The notes beneath the pieces are model-generated. The model had not been told where the DNA came from, did no database searches, and was given only the letters and a program-made list of their open reading frames with translations. The position numbers and the translations under genes were made by a program. Shown piece by piece: positions 1 to 11,364 of a DNA stretch of 64,000 nt. How positions within the stretch are numbered: the first letter of the stretch is position 1; each line of letters begins with the position of its first letter. This DNA comes from Octopus sinensis (taxonomy: Eukaryota), in contig NC_043000.1 in NCBI RefSeq assembly GCF_006345805.1, positions 71,114,001 through 71,178,000 on the forward strand. Direction: 5' to 3'.

Positions 1-134
1 AAAAGGAATTAAAGCAATGACAAGGGAACAGGAATTAATCAACTTATGTATGTATGTATGCATGCATGTGTGCATGTATACATACATACACACACACATA
101 CATATGCACTCATATATATTATTGTCATAATTAT

Positions 135-982
135 TGAATGTCCATCTTCCATGTTGGCATGGATTGTATGGTTTCACAGGATTCAATGGGTTTGAGGACT
201 GTATCATGTTCCAATGTCAGCTTTGGCATTATTTCTATAACTGGATGCCCTTTCTAATACCATTTCCTTTACAGCATGTACTGAGTGGCATGTAAAAAAC
301 ACCCACTACACTCTTGGAGTGGTTGACATTAAGGACATCCAGCTGTAGAGACCTTGCCAAATTGGATTGGAACCTGTGCAGCCTCCCAGTTTACTAGTTT
401 TCAGTCAAACTGTCCAACCCATGCCAGCATAGAAAACAGATGTTAAATGATGATGAATTAAGCAATTTGATAAATGGAATTGATAAAATATTTAATCAAA
501 ATCGCAATCAAATTCGATGACCGGCATCCATGCTAGTGGAGTGCTAAAAGTACCATACAAGTGTGATCGTTGCCCGAGCAACAAACCGGCCTCCATGCCA
601 GTGGCACATAAAAAGCACCATTCAAGCATGATTGTTACCTGCGTCACCTTACTGGCATTTGTGCTGGTAGCACGTGAAAAAACATTCGAGTGAGGTTGTT
701 GCCAGTGCCGCTGGACTGGCTCCTGTGCAGGTGGCACAGAAAAAGCACCATTTGAGCATGGCTGTTGCCAGTACCACCTGACTGGCCTTTGTGCCGGTGG
801 CACGTAAAAGCACTCACTACACTCTCGAAGTGGTTGGCGTTAGGAAGGGCATCTAGCGGTAGAAACTCTGCCAGATCAGATTGGAGTCTGGTGCAGCCAT
901 CTGGTTCGCCAGACTTCAGTCAAATCGTCCAACCCATGCTAGCATGGAAAGTAGACATTAAACGAAGATGATGGTGATGATG
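135..982. mobile_element. Cluster of three RTE-LINE 3'-end fragments (one minus, two plus)
   Basis: Contains the family-diagnostic 3' UTR motifs (gtggcacgtaaaagcac, ccaacccatgctagcatggaaa) and (GAT)n tails near 450 and 965-982. The same motifs end the longer RTE copies at 7.9, 58.1 and 62.5 kb. Boundaries approximate. Confidence 0.8.
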
Positions 983-1173
983 GGACTGAATTATTATAAC
1001 TGATAAAATCATTGATGACAGTATTGCAATATGGCAACAGACCATTGACTGAAATCAATAAAAGAATATATGTAACCATATATATGTATATATAGGGGGA
1101 AATTTCACAAAAAAAGACAGGTGATGTAGACAACAAACAGATGTATTAGTTTAATGCTCGGGAAGTGAAAAAG

Positions 1174-1211
1174 TCTTTAACGTTTCGAGCCTACGCTCTT
1201 CTACAGAAAGA
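1174..1211 (-). ncRNA. Minimal type I hammerhead-like motif with an atypical core (CUGUAGA), probably from a Penelope-like repeat
   Basis: Minus strand reads UCUUU-CUGUAGA-A-GAGC(guag)GCUC-GAAA-C-G-U-U-AAAGA: 5-bp stem I, 4-bp stem II, AACGUU palindromic stem III, GUU triplet. Core position A6 is U. Confidence 0.45.
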
Positions 1212-1409
1212 AACAAGTGTGTGTGTGTGTACACTAAACGTAAATAGTTTCTTTGTTAGTTTCAATGATGAGTATTCCAGATGTTTTATAATGTAACTGC
1301 TTACAAAGTGACTTGTAGAGAAAATGACTAAGGAAATTGGCACATACATTGTTTTTGTTGTAAAATTTAAAAGATCATATAAATTGTTAATTTAATCACA
1401 TATATACTA

Positions 1410-1830
1410 CATTTGAACCAACAATGGATTGCTAACATTCTGAAAGCTTTATGATGCCGGATTTTTCAAAATAATGTTATTTGAAATTTTAGTGTGTCCA
1501 ATGAATCAAAGCATTTGCTTCCAATGAAATATTCCAAGCTTTGAAATGAGTAAAAGCCTGAAGCTGTGAGGTCAGGAGAATACAGGGTATATGCAAGCTT
1601 TTCTCAGCCAAACTCTTCAATCTTGGAACAAGTGATTCTTGTAGTATGGGGCACATATTATCATGATAAAGAATAACTCACTTTATAATGACTAAAGAGC
1701 ACCTCTTCTTAAATTTTTCATCCGATTGATCAAGTTGTTCATAGTAAGCTTTAGTTATGTTTGTTTGGTACAGTTGCAGGATTTCAAAGTGGTAACAAGG
1801 TGATCCAAAAATGGTGAATGAACTCTTAAA
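1410..1830 (-). mobile_element. Decayed mariner (Tc1/mariner) transposase fragment
   Basis: Minus-strand translation across a frameshift and stops gives HDN..PHTTRITCSKIEEFG*EKLAYTLYSPDLTASGFYSFQSLEYF, matching the mariner HDNARPH...WEVLPHPPYSPDLAPSDY motif. Boundaries approximate. Confidence 0.7.
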
Positions 1831-2724
1831 TGAAGAACAATGCAGAATTGACAAATAAACTTTGTGATCTCTAAGTTTGTGAAGAATTCAATCATTGAAC
1901 TTAGACACCATTCCAAGTTTTTGAAAATAGCAATAGATAGTTGATGATGATAATGAAATTAAGCTCTTTTGTTATATCTTCATCTGTTGCATTGCCATTT
2001 CTCTGGAGTGCTGCTGTTTGTTATTCCCCATAAAAAGAAACAAGATGTCCACAACAAGGAGAATGGTTCAAGCTGAATGAAGTTCTTGTCTCAAAACTTT
2101 TGGAATCATCATTAGCATTTTTACTCATTCAGAATATTATTGTGATATATTTCTGTTATATTTTTACAATAATAGTAGTACAGTTCTCCCTTTTGAATTC
2201 ATAAAGCATGCTATTTTTTATGGTCTTTTGTAACCCGCAGAGTTGTGAAGGGTTGTTCAAGTAATAACCAATGTAGACATCTGGCATGGTGACTATCTTT
2301 AGAATGAGGCATTCTCTGTTTTGTAGTGTTAAATTAAATGTTGAAACAAAGTAATACAAAACTGAAAAATATAGCTTCATAAAGAGACATTACTTTTGGG
2401 ATGATTTGATGTATAGTTTAAAAAAAAAAAGCAACTGAAGACATTCTGTTACAAAGAATTGTCATTTTTAAAGAAACTAGCCAAATGTAAACAAAAGCTA
2501 ATGTTATATGATTACAATAGAGTAATTACTACATTTACACAAGATGTACTGTTCCACTCACAAAAAACTGCACATAGCAGCATCAGCTAATCAGCATAAC
2601 ATGATGCATGAAATAGATAGCTTGAACTTCTTGATTGAGTGTTTTGTATAAGGAATCTATAATCCACTGGTTATTAAAATATCCACATTTTATCTTCCTT
2701 ACTAGAGGGGAAAATCATTATCAT

Positions 2725-2947
2725 CATCATTGTTTTAACGTCCACTTTTCAATGCTTACCTGGGTTGGATGGAATTTGTTTGGGTAGATTTTCTATAGCT
2801 GGATGCCCTTCTTATCACAATCTTCTCTTATTTTCAAGTAAGATAATATTTCTCTATGACCAGGTATGTTTACATGCAAGATTGGAAAGGGACACCATTT
2901 ACATGATGTCGTACTTGCTTACAAACATCATATGATGTTAAGGAGAC

Positions 2948-2978
<31 letters not shown>

Positions 2979-3115
2979 TCTAGACATACTAGAGAATTCT
3001 TTTAGTTTCTGTTTACCAAATCCACTCATAAGGCTTTATTCAAGCTTCCACACAGTAGGACTAAACCCAAAACCATGTGGTTGGGAAGCAAGCTTCTTAC
3101 CACACAGCCATGCCC
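2725..3115 (-). mobile_element. RTE 3' tail fragment followed by a tRNA-derived SINE fragment
   Basis: catcatcattg..aacgtccac..catg/ctggatgccc tail motif, then the reverse complement of the SINE head (ggctgtgtggtaagaagcttgcttcccaaccacatgg). Confidence 0.7.
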
Positions 3116-3272
3116 TGCACCTATAAAACTATCGTTAAATGTTATTTTTAAAAATAACTTACTGAATGATTGTAAAAATATGATTAAATTTTTTTAATGA
3201 AAAATATGTACTTTTTTGTCATTTGCAGAAATACTGTTGTTTGACGTGTAGCATCCAGACCATCTGCCTGGC

Positions 3273-3672
3273 ATGATTGAGTCGCGCACCTTCAATGTGG
3301 AAAGTCATAGTAAAGTTGCATTTCATGTTATGTATGATTTATGGCGGCAGCAGCAGCTCTGTGATGTCATTATCTCTGTAGAAGGACACCAGTTTCATGC
3401 ACACAAGATCGTTTTGGCAGGATGTAGTCCATATTTACGTGCCATGTTTACAAATGGCATGTTAGAATCTGAGAAAAACTGGGTAGAAATCCATGGTACA
3501 GACCAAAATACCATGGCATATTTATTGGAGTTCATGTACCGTGGTTCTATTGAAATCACAGTTGACAATGTTCAGAGTTTGCTGCAAGGATCCAGTCTCC
3601 TTGGTTTGCATTCCCTAAGAAATCTGTGTGCTCATTTCTTACAATCGCAACTAACAGCTTCCAATTGCTTAG
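3273..3672 (+). CDS. Kelch-like (BTB-BACK-Kelch) protein, first coding exon (BTB domain)
   Basis: LCDVIISVEGHQFHAHKIVLAGCSPYLRAMFTNGMLES...LCAHFLQSQLTASNCLG is a classic BTB/POZ domain. Acceptor tttgcag ends at 3228 (5' UTR from 3229); donor G|gtaat at 3673, phase 1. Confidence 0.95.
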
Positions 3673-3765
3673 GTAATATTTCTTTTGCCATATTTTTTAA
3701 TATTCTATACATACTCATAATTCTCTTTCATAAATAACTTTTAAATGAGTATTTTTAATCTACAG

Positions 3766-4274
3766 GTATCCACTATTTTGCTGACATGTACACCTGTATT
3801 GAACTTGAAGCTACAGCACGTCACTACATTTACCAGAATTTTCTAGATGTCATTCGTACTGAGGAATACTTGCAATTATCTGAAGAACGGTTATTAGATT
3901 TGCTCAACAGTGATAAACTGCAAGTAACAAGTGAACATCAAGTGTTTGAAGCCGCATGTCACTGGCTGCAGTGTGATCTAATTCATCGTTCACATGTTGC
4001 ATGTCGCTTTCTACAAGCTATCAAACTCGTTCTGCTAGATATGGAATACTTGCAAAATATTGTAAGCCAGTCTGACTGGGTTCGAAATTGCCGGAAGTGC
4101 CAAGTTCGAGTGAACAAGGCACTGATGATGAAACAAAACAGTAAAGCACTTGAACAGATCACTCCTCGTGCCCAGCCACCTAGTATTTATGTAATAGGAG
4201 GACGCAACAGTATTGACTCACAGTTAAAAAGTGTTGAACGATATGACTTCTTATTGGACCAGTGGTCGACAGTG
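3766..4274 (+). CDS. Kelch-like protein exon (BACK domain and kelch repeat 1)
   Basis: A 93-bp GT-AG intron (3673-3765) restores NCLG-IHYFADMY. BACK motifs EEYLQLS..LL.LL.SD.L.V.SE.QVFEA..HW, then IYVIGG..SVERYD...W. Donor GTG|gtaagt at 4275. Confidence 0.95.
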
Positions 4275-5184
4275 GTAAGTTTTCTTTGTACCAATATACA
4301 TTTATCAGTTATGTCTATAAGCAATAAACCTTAATATTGCTAGCCAATAAAATATTTTACTTTAAAACAAAAAAATTCAATTAAATTTTCACACTATGAC
4401 TAATTTTATCTTGAATTATTGTTTTATTTTTAATGACATTTGAATGATGTCATCTTTAGAACTTTTAATCTATAACGTAAGTTAAGAAAACTAAATATTA
4501 TAAGGTATTTCATCCAACACATTCCTATAACAATTCACAACCTTCCTTTTGTCTAATATTAATTTCTAAAAGTCAAGTGCAATTCTTTTCAATGTCTTTA
4601 TTGCATGGCATTCTGTGTTCTTTGAACTATCCGAATTACTTATTTCCATATATTCCTTGCCCTATCGCCCTCTTTAAAAGTTCAATTGCATTAAAAGGTA
4701 GTATATGTAAATTTTAGCCAAGGATAAAAGGTAATTTAAATATTCACCTTTAACATATTAGCTAGGGCCTCAATTTGACCAGTATGATTTTACAAATTTG
4801 AGAAACGAAAGTTTTACACTGAACAGGACAAAGTTTAAACTTGAAATTGTAAATGCCCAAACTACGTGTTAATTATCCAGTATAACCTCACTTTCCATCT
4901 TTGAAATCATGCCATGCTAATAATTCTGGTAAATCTAGAAATTACTTTTGGTTCTATGTTTTGTGAACAAAATGCCTTAATGGTATTTTGATTGTAATAC
5001 ATTAAAGAAACCTATCTAAGATATACCATCATATGTGATGCTGTATATTAAGGGTTTGAGATAACAAAACAGTTTACTGTGTGTAACTTGCTTACTCAAT
5101 AATCATTGGTCTGTATGTCTAATTATTGATTCATTGCTTACAAATGAGCTGAAGGGTTGATGTAAAAGGAGAAAAGATGTTTAA

Positions 5185-5364
5185 CTCTTTAGTATTCAGA
5201 TTACTTTGTCAAATGTGATGCCTATTTATTCACATTGTTTTGAATTTGATTATTTATTTTTAGAATGACATTGTAGAGTAGGTGTGAAAGGCTGGACCTG
5301 GCCAATCTGAACATAAAACAGGTAGAAATTTTGGCAAGATATGGCCTGTTTAAATGCTAAAGGG
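5185..5364. mobile_element. piggyBac-derived MITE (180 bp) in a Kelch intron
   Basis: TTAA at 5181-5184 and 5365-5368. Ends ctctttagtattcaga / tttaaatgctaaaggg are imperfect TIRs, and both ends align to the ends of the piggyBac at 28730-30729. Confidence 0.8.
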
Positions 5365-5492
5365 TTAAAATATGCTTTCCTGAAGTATTTGGAAAAATTT
5401 TTAAGGGTTCATTCTGATGACCAAATCTGGGAGGATGGTGCAGTTTCTGATTAAAATGATTATATGTCTAATATTTTACATCTATATTTCAG

Positions 5493-5721
5493 CCTAGCAT
5501 GAATATTGCACGGACAGCTGTTAGTGCAACTAGCTATAATGGTTTGCTTTATGCTGTTGGTGGAGAGTGTGCTTTGGCAGATACTCCTGATGACACATTA
5601 TATTTGCGTTGTGTTGAGTGCTATGATCCAGTTCTTAAACAATGGGAACTAAAACCTGAACTCAAAATTGCTCGGTCATTTATTGCTGTGGCTTCAGTTG
5701 GTGGATTTCTCTATGCTATAG
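5493..5721 (+). CDS. Kelch-like protein exon (kelch repeats 2-3)
   Basis: Acceptor tttcag ends at 5492, phase 0. PSMNIARTAVSATSYNGLLYAVGG...VECYDPVLKQW...ARSFIAVASVGGFLYAIG. Donor G|gtaagc at 5722; the gene must continue downstream. Confidence 0.93.
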
Positions 5722-5868
5722 GTAAGCTTCATGGGAAAAGTTTAAATGTTCAATATTTTTAACATAAGCAGTAAGATATTTTGTTTTATCATCATCCATA
5801 TTTTTCCTCAAAATACTGTCAAATATTTGCGAGTATATTTTTCAAACAGTCTCACTCATTTTAGTAAT

Positions 5869-5929
<61 letters not shown>

Positions 5930-6277
5930 CTTTACATATTTAAGAAAAAATGTTGTAAATCAAATCATAAGAAGGCTTATATCTATATACACTTACAATG
6001 GCATTTTAAACTGAGACTCTATAAATTAGATCTTGATGTAATCTATTGCGCTTTATCAAATGATACCACCCTCAAAAGATACCTTCTTTTTCTTAGACAG
6101 ACTCTACCAGAAGTGGCTATCCTCTAATATTAAATCTCCACATTTAATGATTTAATTAGCAATGTTTTTTGACAAATATGTCCAAAAAAAAATCCAATGT
6201 TTTCTTAAGAGAGACATGAATGAGTTCAGTTTTACAACTTCAGAAATGCCTTCCATATGTTATTAAAGCCCATTAAA

Positions 6278-6309
<32 letters not shown>

Positions 6310-6605
6310 GGCACAGGCATGGCAGTGTGGTTACAAAGTTTGCTTCACAAGCATAGAGCCTTGGACTGACCAATACTTTGTTTGTGGAATTGGTAGACAA
6401 ACTACAAGGAAGCCAGTTGTGTATATCAACTACTTCTAGGTATCCCCCTGGCATTTGATGGAGTCTGTTTTTTGTACATTTCTAGTGTTTATTGTACACA
6501 TACAAAGACCATTTTCCCTGTTAAGCTTCCTCTGATATTGCTACATCTCTTATGTGTCCATAGCTTGCTCTGGGTGCATCTTATAGAGTTTTTATCTACA
6601 CCTTT
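6310..6605. mobile_element. Truncated tRNA-SINE (+) abutting an RTE ORF2 fragment (-)
   Basis: SINE head ggcatggcagtgtggttacaaagtttgc. 6425-6605 is the reverse complement of the RTE segment encoding SIRCTQSKLWTHKRCSNI...VVDI. Confidence 0.65.
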
Positions 6606-7139
6606 ATATATATACACACACACATTCTATTATTGGTTTCAACCAAAGGTTGTGGCCATGCTAGAACATTGCATAAATATTCATTCCTCCCACAATTACA
6701 GTACTACTCAGCTGTGGTACTAACTCTGGGAGCAGAATCAGCACATATTACATCCTTTCCCCTCCCTAGCAATCTCCCTCTTTTGCAACCACTTTCATTC
6801 CTCATCATCCCTGGCAACACTCTTTCTACCAATCACCTCCTTTCTGTGCCTTCAGCCACTGCTCTCTCTCTCTCTCTAGTCCATTCTAAATACTTCTTTT
6901 ATCTGCTGTCATTCTCAGTGCTCTCACATATTTAACCATTATGTCCCACCTTCAATAGCCCCTTGTGTATCCCTATATCTCTCTCTCCACTGCTCCTACA
7001 CCTTCCACATCATCCCACTACTTTCTGTTCTATTCTCTTTCCTGAATCACTCTTCTATCTTCCATCTTACCTTTCTACATACTCGTATTTCCCATCATCC
7101 ACGCCCCCACCCTTGTTCATCACTCACTGCATTAACCTC

Positions 7140-7326
7140 ACTAGTGCTGGTGGCATGAAAAAAAGCTGCTGTTACACTCTGTAAAGTGATTGGTGTAAGG
7201 AATGGCATCCAGCCATAGAAACCTTGCCAAAGATAACACTGGAGCTCAAAGTGGCCCTGCAGCTTGTGGGTTCTTTAGCAAACTGATCAACCCATGCCAG
7301 CATGGAAAGTGGACAGTAAATGATGG
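7140..7326 (+). mobile_element. RTE 3' tail fragment
   Basis: ggcatccagccatagaaacc...caacccatgccagcatggaaagtggacagtaaatgatg. Confidence 0.7.
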
Positions 7327-7476
7327 ATGTGGCTGTGTGGTAGGAAGCTTGCTTTCCAGCCACGTGGTTCCAAGTTCAGTCCCAGTGCATGAAACCTGGA
7401 GTAAGTTTCTTCTATAGCTTCAGACCGACCAAAGACTTGTAAGTGGATATGGTAGACACAAATTGAAAGAAGCCAG

Positions 7477-7568
<92 letters not shown>

Positions 7569-7798
7569 ATGTGTGTGTCATTGTGTCTGTGTCTGTCTCT
7601 CGCCACCACTTGAGAAGTGGTGTTGGTGTGTTTATGTTCCTGTAATTTAGCAGTTCAGCAAAAGGACTGACAGAATAAGTACCACACTTCAAAAGAAATA
7701 TAAGTACTGGGGTTGATCCATTCAACAAAAATTCTACAAGGCGGTGCCCCATCATAGCTGCAGTCTAATGGCTGAAACAAGTGAAAGAATAAAGGAAT
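7327..7798 (+). mobile_element. tRNA-derived SINE with an internal (TA)n tract and a LINE-derived 3' tail
   Basis: Same architecture as 10260-10653: A/B-box head, body, microsatellite, then the tail ggcggtgccccatcatagctgcagtctaatggctgaaacaag. Confidence 0.8.
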
Positions 7799-7871
7799 AT
7801 ATAGCTACACATGTGTATGCATGTATGTATGTGTGTGTGTACATATATATATATATCATACATTATATATA

Positions 7872-9369
7872 TCATCATCATCATCGTTTAACGTCCGTTT
7901 TCCGCGCTAGCACGGGTTGGACGGTTTGACCGGGGTCTGGGAAGCCAGGGGCTGCACCAGGCTCCAGTCTGATCTGGCAGTATTTCTACAGCTGGATGCC
8001 CTTCCTAACGCCAACCACTCCGCGAGTCTAGTGGGTGCTTTTTACGTGCCACCTGCACAGGTGCCAGGGGAGTCTGGCATTGGCCACGATGGGTTGGTGC
8101 TTTTAACGTGCCACCGGCACGGAAACTAAGCCAAGGCCACACTGGCATCGGCCACGTTTGGATGGTGCTTTTTATGTGCCACCGGCACAGAAACCAGTCG
8201 AGGCGGCGCTGGCATCGGCCACGTTCGGATGGTGCTTTTTATGTGCCACTGGCACAGGTATCACAACTACTATTTCCATTGATATTTGTTTCGATGTTCA
8301 TGTACATGCATTTGACTCAACAGGTCTCCTCAAGCACAGCGAAGATGTTCAGGGGCTATGCGGAACTGGTGCCGGAAGCAGCCCGGGTCTTTGCAGTCAC
8401 AGCACATCTCCAGAGATCTCGGTCCTTCGTCATTGCCTCTGTGAGGCCCAACGCTCCGAGGTCATGCTTGACTACCTCATCCCATGTCTTCCTGGGTCTA
8501 CCTCTCCCCCTGATACCTTCAACTATTTGGGAGCGGCACTTCTTCACACATCTCTCCTCATCCATCCGCAGTACATGACCATACAATCGCAAGCGTCTCT
8601 CTTGCACACCACATCTGATGCTTCTTATGTCCAGCATTTCTCTCAGGGTTCTTACACTCTGTCGTGCGTGCACACTGACATTACACATCCAGTGGATCAT
8701 GTTAGCTTCATTTCTTTCAAGTCTACGCATGTCCTCTGCAGTCACGGCCCATGTTTCACTACCGTGAAGCATGGCAGTTCGCACACATGCATCATACAAT
8801 CTACCTTTCACTCTGAGTGAGTGACCCTTTGTCACCAGTAGGGGTAGGAGCTTTCTAAACTTTGCTCAGGCTATTCGTATTCTAGTGGTGACACTCTCTG
8901 AGCATCCACCTCCACTACTAACTTGGTCACCCAGGTAGCGGAAACTATCAACTACTTCTAGTTTCTCTCCCTGGAGTGTGATGGAATCTGTTTTCTGAGT
9001 ATTTGTGGTGTCTATTGTCCCTGTGCATCTGTCGCACATGAAAGCTATCTTATCAGTTAATTTCCCTTTGATGTTGCTGCACCTCTTATGCGTCCATAGC
9101 TTACACTGGGTACATCTTATGGAGTTTCTACCTACACCTTTCCTACAAATCGAGCAGAGCCATCTGCCCGATGGGGTGTGTGCTGAGTTCGCCTTTCTGC
9201 TTACTATAACTTTGGTCTTTGCTACATTTACTCTAAGGCCCTTTGATTCTAACCCTTGTTTCCACACCCGAAATTTCTTTTCTAGTTCCGGTAGTGATTC
9301 TGCTATGAGAGCCAGGTCATCAGCATAGAGGAGCTCCCAGGGGCAACCTGTTTTGAATTCCTCTGTTAT
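7872..9369 (-). mobile_element. 5'-truncated RTE-clade LINE (RT C-half, PHD-like finger, 3' UTR, (GAT)n tail)
   Basis: ORFs 8866-9375 and 8356-8835: WELLYADDLALIAES, LEVVDSFRYLG, LHGSETW, RGRGRPRKTW. One nonsense codon (TGG>TGA) lies between the two ORFs; (CAT)n at 7872. Confidence 0.95.
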
Positions 9370-10259
9370 ATGCATACATTATATATATATATATATATAT
9401 ATATTCATACATTATATATATATATACACAAAATTTAGAGGACTGACCACTAAAAAAATGGACAGCCTGTATGCTAGATATAGACGTCAAAATCACCATT
9501 TTCCATGAAGAATGTGTTCTCAAGAAAAAAATTCAGCAAAAACCAATGTGTAAAAATAAGCAAGACAAATGAAAATATACGAAATAAAAAACGATTACCT
9601 ATGTACTAATTAGTTTCACTTGTTAATATTTACGTATATGGATACGCAAACATCTGCAAGATCGTCAGCATAGTCTGTCGTTTACAAAACACAATTTCCA
9701 GAACTAGAAACAGAACACTAGACCAAAATCAAGCATGTATTAAGTTCAACAACTTATATTTATGTGTATCTTTCAAATGCCTTCACTTTGGCGTGCTGAG
9801 ATTGGAAATTACTCTGCAGTTAATAAACAGCAGCAGTCAATTTACCAGTTAGAGAACATTTTTTTTATCATTTAAAATCAAATAAGGGTAGAAATTGATA
9901 TTAATCAATTAAAACCAGTGGCCTAGCATATTTTTAAAAAATCCGAAGATTAAAAAATTTTTTTACATACAAAATTTAGAGGACTGACCACTAAAAAAAT
10001 TTCCAGCCTTGATCAAACCGTCCAACCCATGCCAACATGAACTACAGATGCTGGATGATGATGATGATATATGCATGCAAACACGCACACACATGTTCCC
10101 CTTCTCAAATGCCCCTGCCCCTCTTAAAATTCTTTTCTTGTGAGTTTCTTGGTGACCTTGCCAGTGCTGGTACCACGTAAAAAGCATCCAGTACACACTA
10201 TAAAGTGGTTGGCATTTGGAAAGGGCAACTACATAAAACAGACACAGTAGCATAGGTGC

Positions 10260-10653
10260 AGGAGTGGCTGTGTGGTAAGTAGTCTGCTTACCAACTACAT
10301 GATTCCGGGTTCAGTCCCACTGCGCGGCACCTTGGGCAAGTGTCTTCTACTATAGCCTCGGGCCGACCAAAACCTTGTGAGTGGATTTGGTAGACGGAAA
10401 CTGAAAGAAGCCCGTCGTATATATGTAAATATATATATATGTGTGTGTGTTTGTGTGTCTGTGTTTGTCCCCCTAGCATTGCTTGACAACCGATGCTGGT
10501 GTGTCCCCGCCACTTAGCGGTTCGGCAAAAGAGACCGATAGAATAAGTACTGGGCTTACAAAGAATAAGTCCCGGGGTTGAGTTGCTCGATTAAAGGCGG
10601 TGCTCCAGCATGGCCGCAGTCAAATGACTGATACAAGTAAAAGAGTAAAGAGT
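10260..10653 (+). mobile_element. Full-length tRNA-derived SINE
   Basis: A-box-like tggctgtgtggtaag, B-box gggttcagtccc, CORE-like accttgggcaagtgtc, internal (TA)/(TG) tract, and a 3' tail shared with the CR1-type LINE at 44021. Confidence 0.88.
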
Positions 10654-11264
10654 AGCCTGGGGTAGTCTTCTAATAATATAAATAAAATATACTGTTGTGT
10701 CTGGGGAGAGTCATTCTCTTTTAGTGCCTTATTATTTAACATACTCACTGGTAAAATTTCCACTTATTTCTTATTTTTTATTTTCTAAAATTTTCGTTGC
10801 GTCTTGCAACCTTTTCAATAGTCTTGACTCTGTCCGTTATTTACACTGCGTTTCCTTTTGTTTGTTTGTGCGCATGTGTGTGGGTCAGTGTGTGTGTGTG
10901 TGCCTATGCATGCATACATGTACGTATGTATGTGTGTGTGTGTGTTTGCATGTGTATATATGTATATATATGTGTGTGTATGCATATGTATGTATGTGTG
11001 TGCATCTGTATGTACGTATCCTGCATATTTATGTGCTTGCCTGTCTGTGTTTGTGTATTTTCTGTGTATGTGTGTGTGAGAGCATGTGTTTGTATATGTA
11101 TGCACCTCTGTCTCCTTGTGTGTGTGTGTGTGTGTATGTGTTATGTAACTATGTACCTATCTGTCTGTATGTTGATGTGTTTGTTTATTTACATATCTAA
11201 ATGCTTACATACAGAAATAAAATTATAAAATGAAATAAAATAAATAGATAAATAAATAAAAAAT

Positions 11265-11364
11265 NNNNNNNNNNNNNNNNNNNNNNNNNNNNNNNNNNNN
11301 NNNNNNNNNNNNNNNNNNNNNNNNNNNNNNNNNNNNNNNNNNNNNNNNNNNNNNNNNNNNNNNN
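11265..11364. other. Assembly gap (100 N)
   Basis: Exactly 100 N, the usual placeholder for a gap of unknown size. Confidence 0.99.

Noticed and set aside
2156-2380. Minus-strand ORF ...MPDVYIGYYLNNPSQLCG...
   Set aside because: Protein-like by eye, but short, unrecognised and lying antisense upstream of the Kelch gene; unsupported.
9661-9672. Isolated YADD codons on the minus strand
   Set aside because: Flanked by stops with no other RT motifs; chance or an unrecognisable relic.
10260-10335. tRNA gene calls for SINE heads (also 7327, 15340, 56776)
   Set aside because: A and B boxes are present but there is no complete cloverleaf or T-run terminator; they run into SINE bodies.
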